Source: Bdellovibrionales bacterium
Lineage (GTDB): Bacteria > Bdellovibrionota > Bdellovibrionia > Bdellovibrionales > UBA1609
Reading direction: 5' to 3'
Assembly (NCBI GenBank): GCA_050246815.1
Contig: JBFWVI010000058.1
Span: forward strand, 1-16,130
Length of the DNA stretch: 16,130 nucleotides
In this document: piece by piece, positions 14,827 through 16,130 of the stretch
Numbering within the stretch: the first letter of the stretch is position 1
Layout of the letters: each line of letters starts with the position of its first letter
Made by a program: the position numbers and the translations under genes
The notes under the pieces: model-generated
Told to the model about the DNA's origin: nothing
The model's input: only the letters and a program-made list of their open reading frames with translations
Database searches by the model: none

Positions 14827-15702
14827 TCAATCACTTGGATCGCAATTGCCCTGCAGAAAAGAAACCAGTTTGGCATAAAAAACGTCCCGGTGCTCGAACC
14901 AAGGAATATGACCGCACCGAGGTAACACGGTCAATGTGGCATTGGGCAAGATGTTGGCCGCACGCTCGGCCTGCATCACTGGAACGCTGTCATTTTGCCC
15001 CACGCAGAGCCACATCTGGGTTGGGACCTTATGCAATTTATCCCACGTGAAACGGCCGTTCACGGATTGCCAGATCCATTTGTTGACCTCACGATCCGGC
15101 GGTGGATCTGTGTAGTAGTCTTCCAAAAAAGTTTCATGCAAAGCCGAATCGAATATCCAAGACTTCACGCGTAGTCGCATGAGGTCCCTATCCACCTTTT
15201 GCACGTTTTGAACGTCGAGTTGTATCAGGGCTTTCTCCCTTTGCTCGCGCAGCAGGCTCCACTCAACCTGCTCAGAGGCCGACAGCGACGATTGCAGCGC
15301 CTGATTGGTGAGTCTGCCCATTTCTTCATCCAATGGCCCCATATTGAGCAGTGCCGCCTTTGCGAACAGTTCTGGCGAGTGCATGCAAGCGTACAGCGCG
15401 TATATGGCTCCCCATGAATGCCCCACCAAGATCGCAGGTTCTGAGCTAAAGCTGCGGCGAACCGCAAACAGGTCCTCAAGCAACAGTTCCAATCGAAATT
15501 GACGGGCATCGCGCAAAACCACGGGCGAACCGCCGGTGCCCCTTTGATCAAAAAAAATGCATTGAAATTGGCTAAACAGCGGCTTAGCCATGCGCTTCAT
15601 ATAATGGTGGGTGTCACCCGGGCCGCCGTGCAAAAAAATGACAGGTGGGCCTTTACCCTCTGAATAAGTGGCGATCTGAGCGCCATTGGTGATCAGCCTC
15701 AT
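14827..15702 (-). CDS. Alpha/beta hydrolase (proline iminopeptidase-like)
   Basis: FLHGGPG oxyanion motif, FDQRGTGGS, nucleophile elbow GHSWG, acid GQND and catalytic His in CGHIPWFE. Confidence 0.9.
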   Translation of the reverse strand: MRLITNGAQIATYSEGKGPPVIFLHGGPGDTHHYMKRMAKPLFSQFQCIFFDQRGTGGSPVVLRDARQFRLELLLEDLFAVRRSFSSEPAILVGHSWGAIYALYACMHSPELFAKAALLNMGPLDEEMGRLTNQALQSSLSASEQVEWSLLREQREKALIQLDVQNVQKVDRDLMRLRVKSWIFDSALHETFLEDYYTDPPPDREVNKWIWQSVNGRFTWDKLHKVPTQMWLCVGQNDSVPVMQAERAANILPNATLTVLPRCGHIPWFEHRDVFYAKLVSFLQGNCDPSD

Positions 15703-16003
15703 CGGCCCGCTCAGACCTTGGGCTCAATTTTACGCATGGCACATCTTAGAATGGATCTCGAATAAATCAACGGAATACGCAAATGATAAACAAATTTAAT
15801 ATATATTAAGCTAAATGTGATTTTCTTTAAAACCATTCGCCCCGCGGCGGATGGCCCCGAAAAGGTTTTCACCAGTGATTACATTAAGTTATGCATGGAT
15901 CGCATAGACATTTAAAATCCTCTCTGAGCCCGAACATAAGCCGTCCTTTGAATTGACCGCAGATCTGCTCAACACCTGAACTTCAGTGTGTTTTTTTCAT
16001 TCA

Positions 16004-16130
16004 TGACCGGCCGGGAATTTTTGTACCACTACCAATGTTAATAACTAACTGACAAGCTGAATGTTTGCCTCCCTTGTTTCTGGTGCCTTTGGTGGACGTC
16101 CGCCCAATGAAGAGTGGGGTCTGACTTCGT
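16004..16130 (-). mobile_element. Right end of an IS3-family insertion sequence (IS407-like group)
   Basis: The terminus reads 5'-TGACCGGCCGGGAATTTTTGTACCAC on the plus strand from 16004, matching the TG...CA ends of IS3 elements. It lies 41 bp beyond the transposase stop. The element continues outside the window. Confidence 0.85.
16045..16130 (-). CDS. IS3-family transposase OrfB, C-terminal fragment (partial)
   Basis: Minus-strand translation (x)EVRPHSSLGGRPPKAPETREANIQLVS* matches the IS3 integrase-core tail YNxxRPHSSLGxxPP. Confidence 0.88.
   Translation of the reverse strand, partial: EVRPHSSLGGRPPKAPETREANIQLVS

Noticed and set aside
15039..15054. parS-like TATCCCACGTGAAACG
   Set aside because: Several mismatches to consensus in the left arm, lies inside a CDS, and is a single copy; likely chance.
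15711..15836. 41-codon minus-strand ORF (MVLKKITFSLIYIK...KIEPKV) upstream of the hydrolase
   Set aside because: Short, AT-rich, no clear RBS or recognisable motif; more likely promoter DNA.

Overview
Bacterial chromosomal window, most likely from a Bdellovibrionota (Bdellovibrio-like) genome. That assignment is inferred from a TIGR02147/DUF4423-type HTH gene, an 'FNNC'-type lipoprotein signal and a 'YYQGPR'-type PA14 domain. From left to right it holds: the 5' part of a branched-chain amino acid ABC operon (livJ/K, then partial livH, minus strand); a membrane-anchored Hanks-type Ser/Thr kinase; several exported hypothetical proteins; a small lipoprotein coupled to a YihG-type acyltransferase; a TPR-like protein; a 900-aa lipoprotein adhesin with Ig-like repeats and a PA14 tip; an HExxH lipoprotein; a secreted beta-rich protein divergent from a TIGR02147-family regulator, with a perfect TGTTCCA-N7-TGGAACA palindrome between them; a beta-carbonic anhydrase; an alpha/beta hydrolase; and the right end of an IS3-family element at the window edge. 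The ORF track missed both livH and the IS3 end. The best candidate for an undescribed system is the TIGR02147 regulator / operator / secreted-protein module. No rRNA, tRNA or CRISPR array was seen. All family calls come from motif recognition, not database searches.
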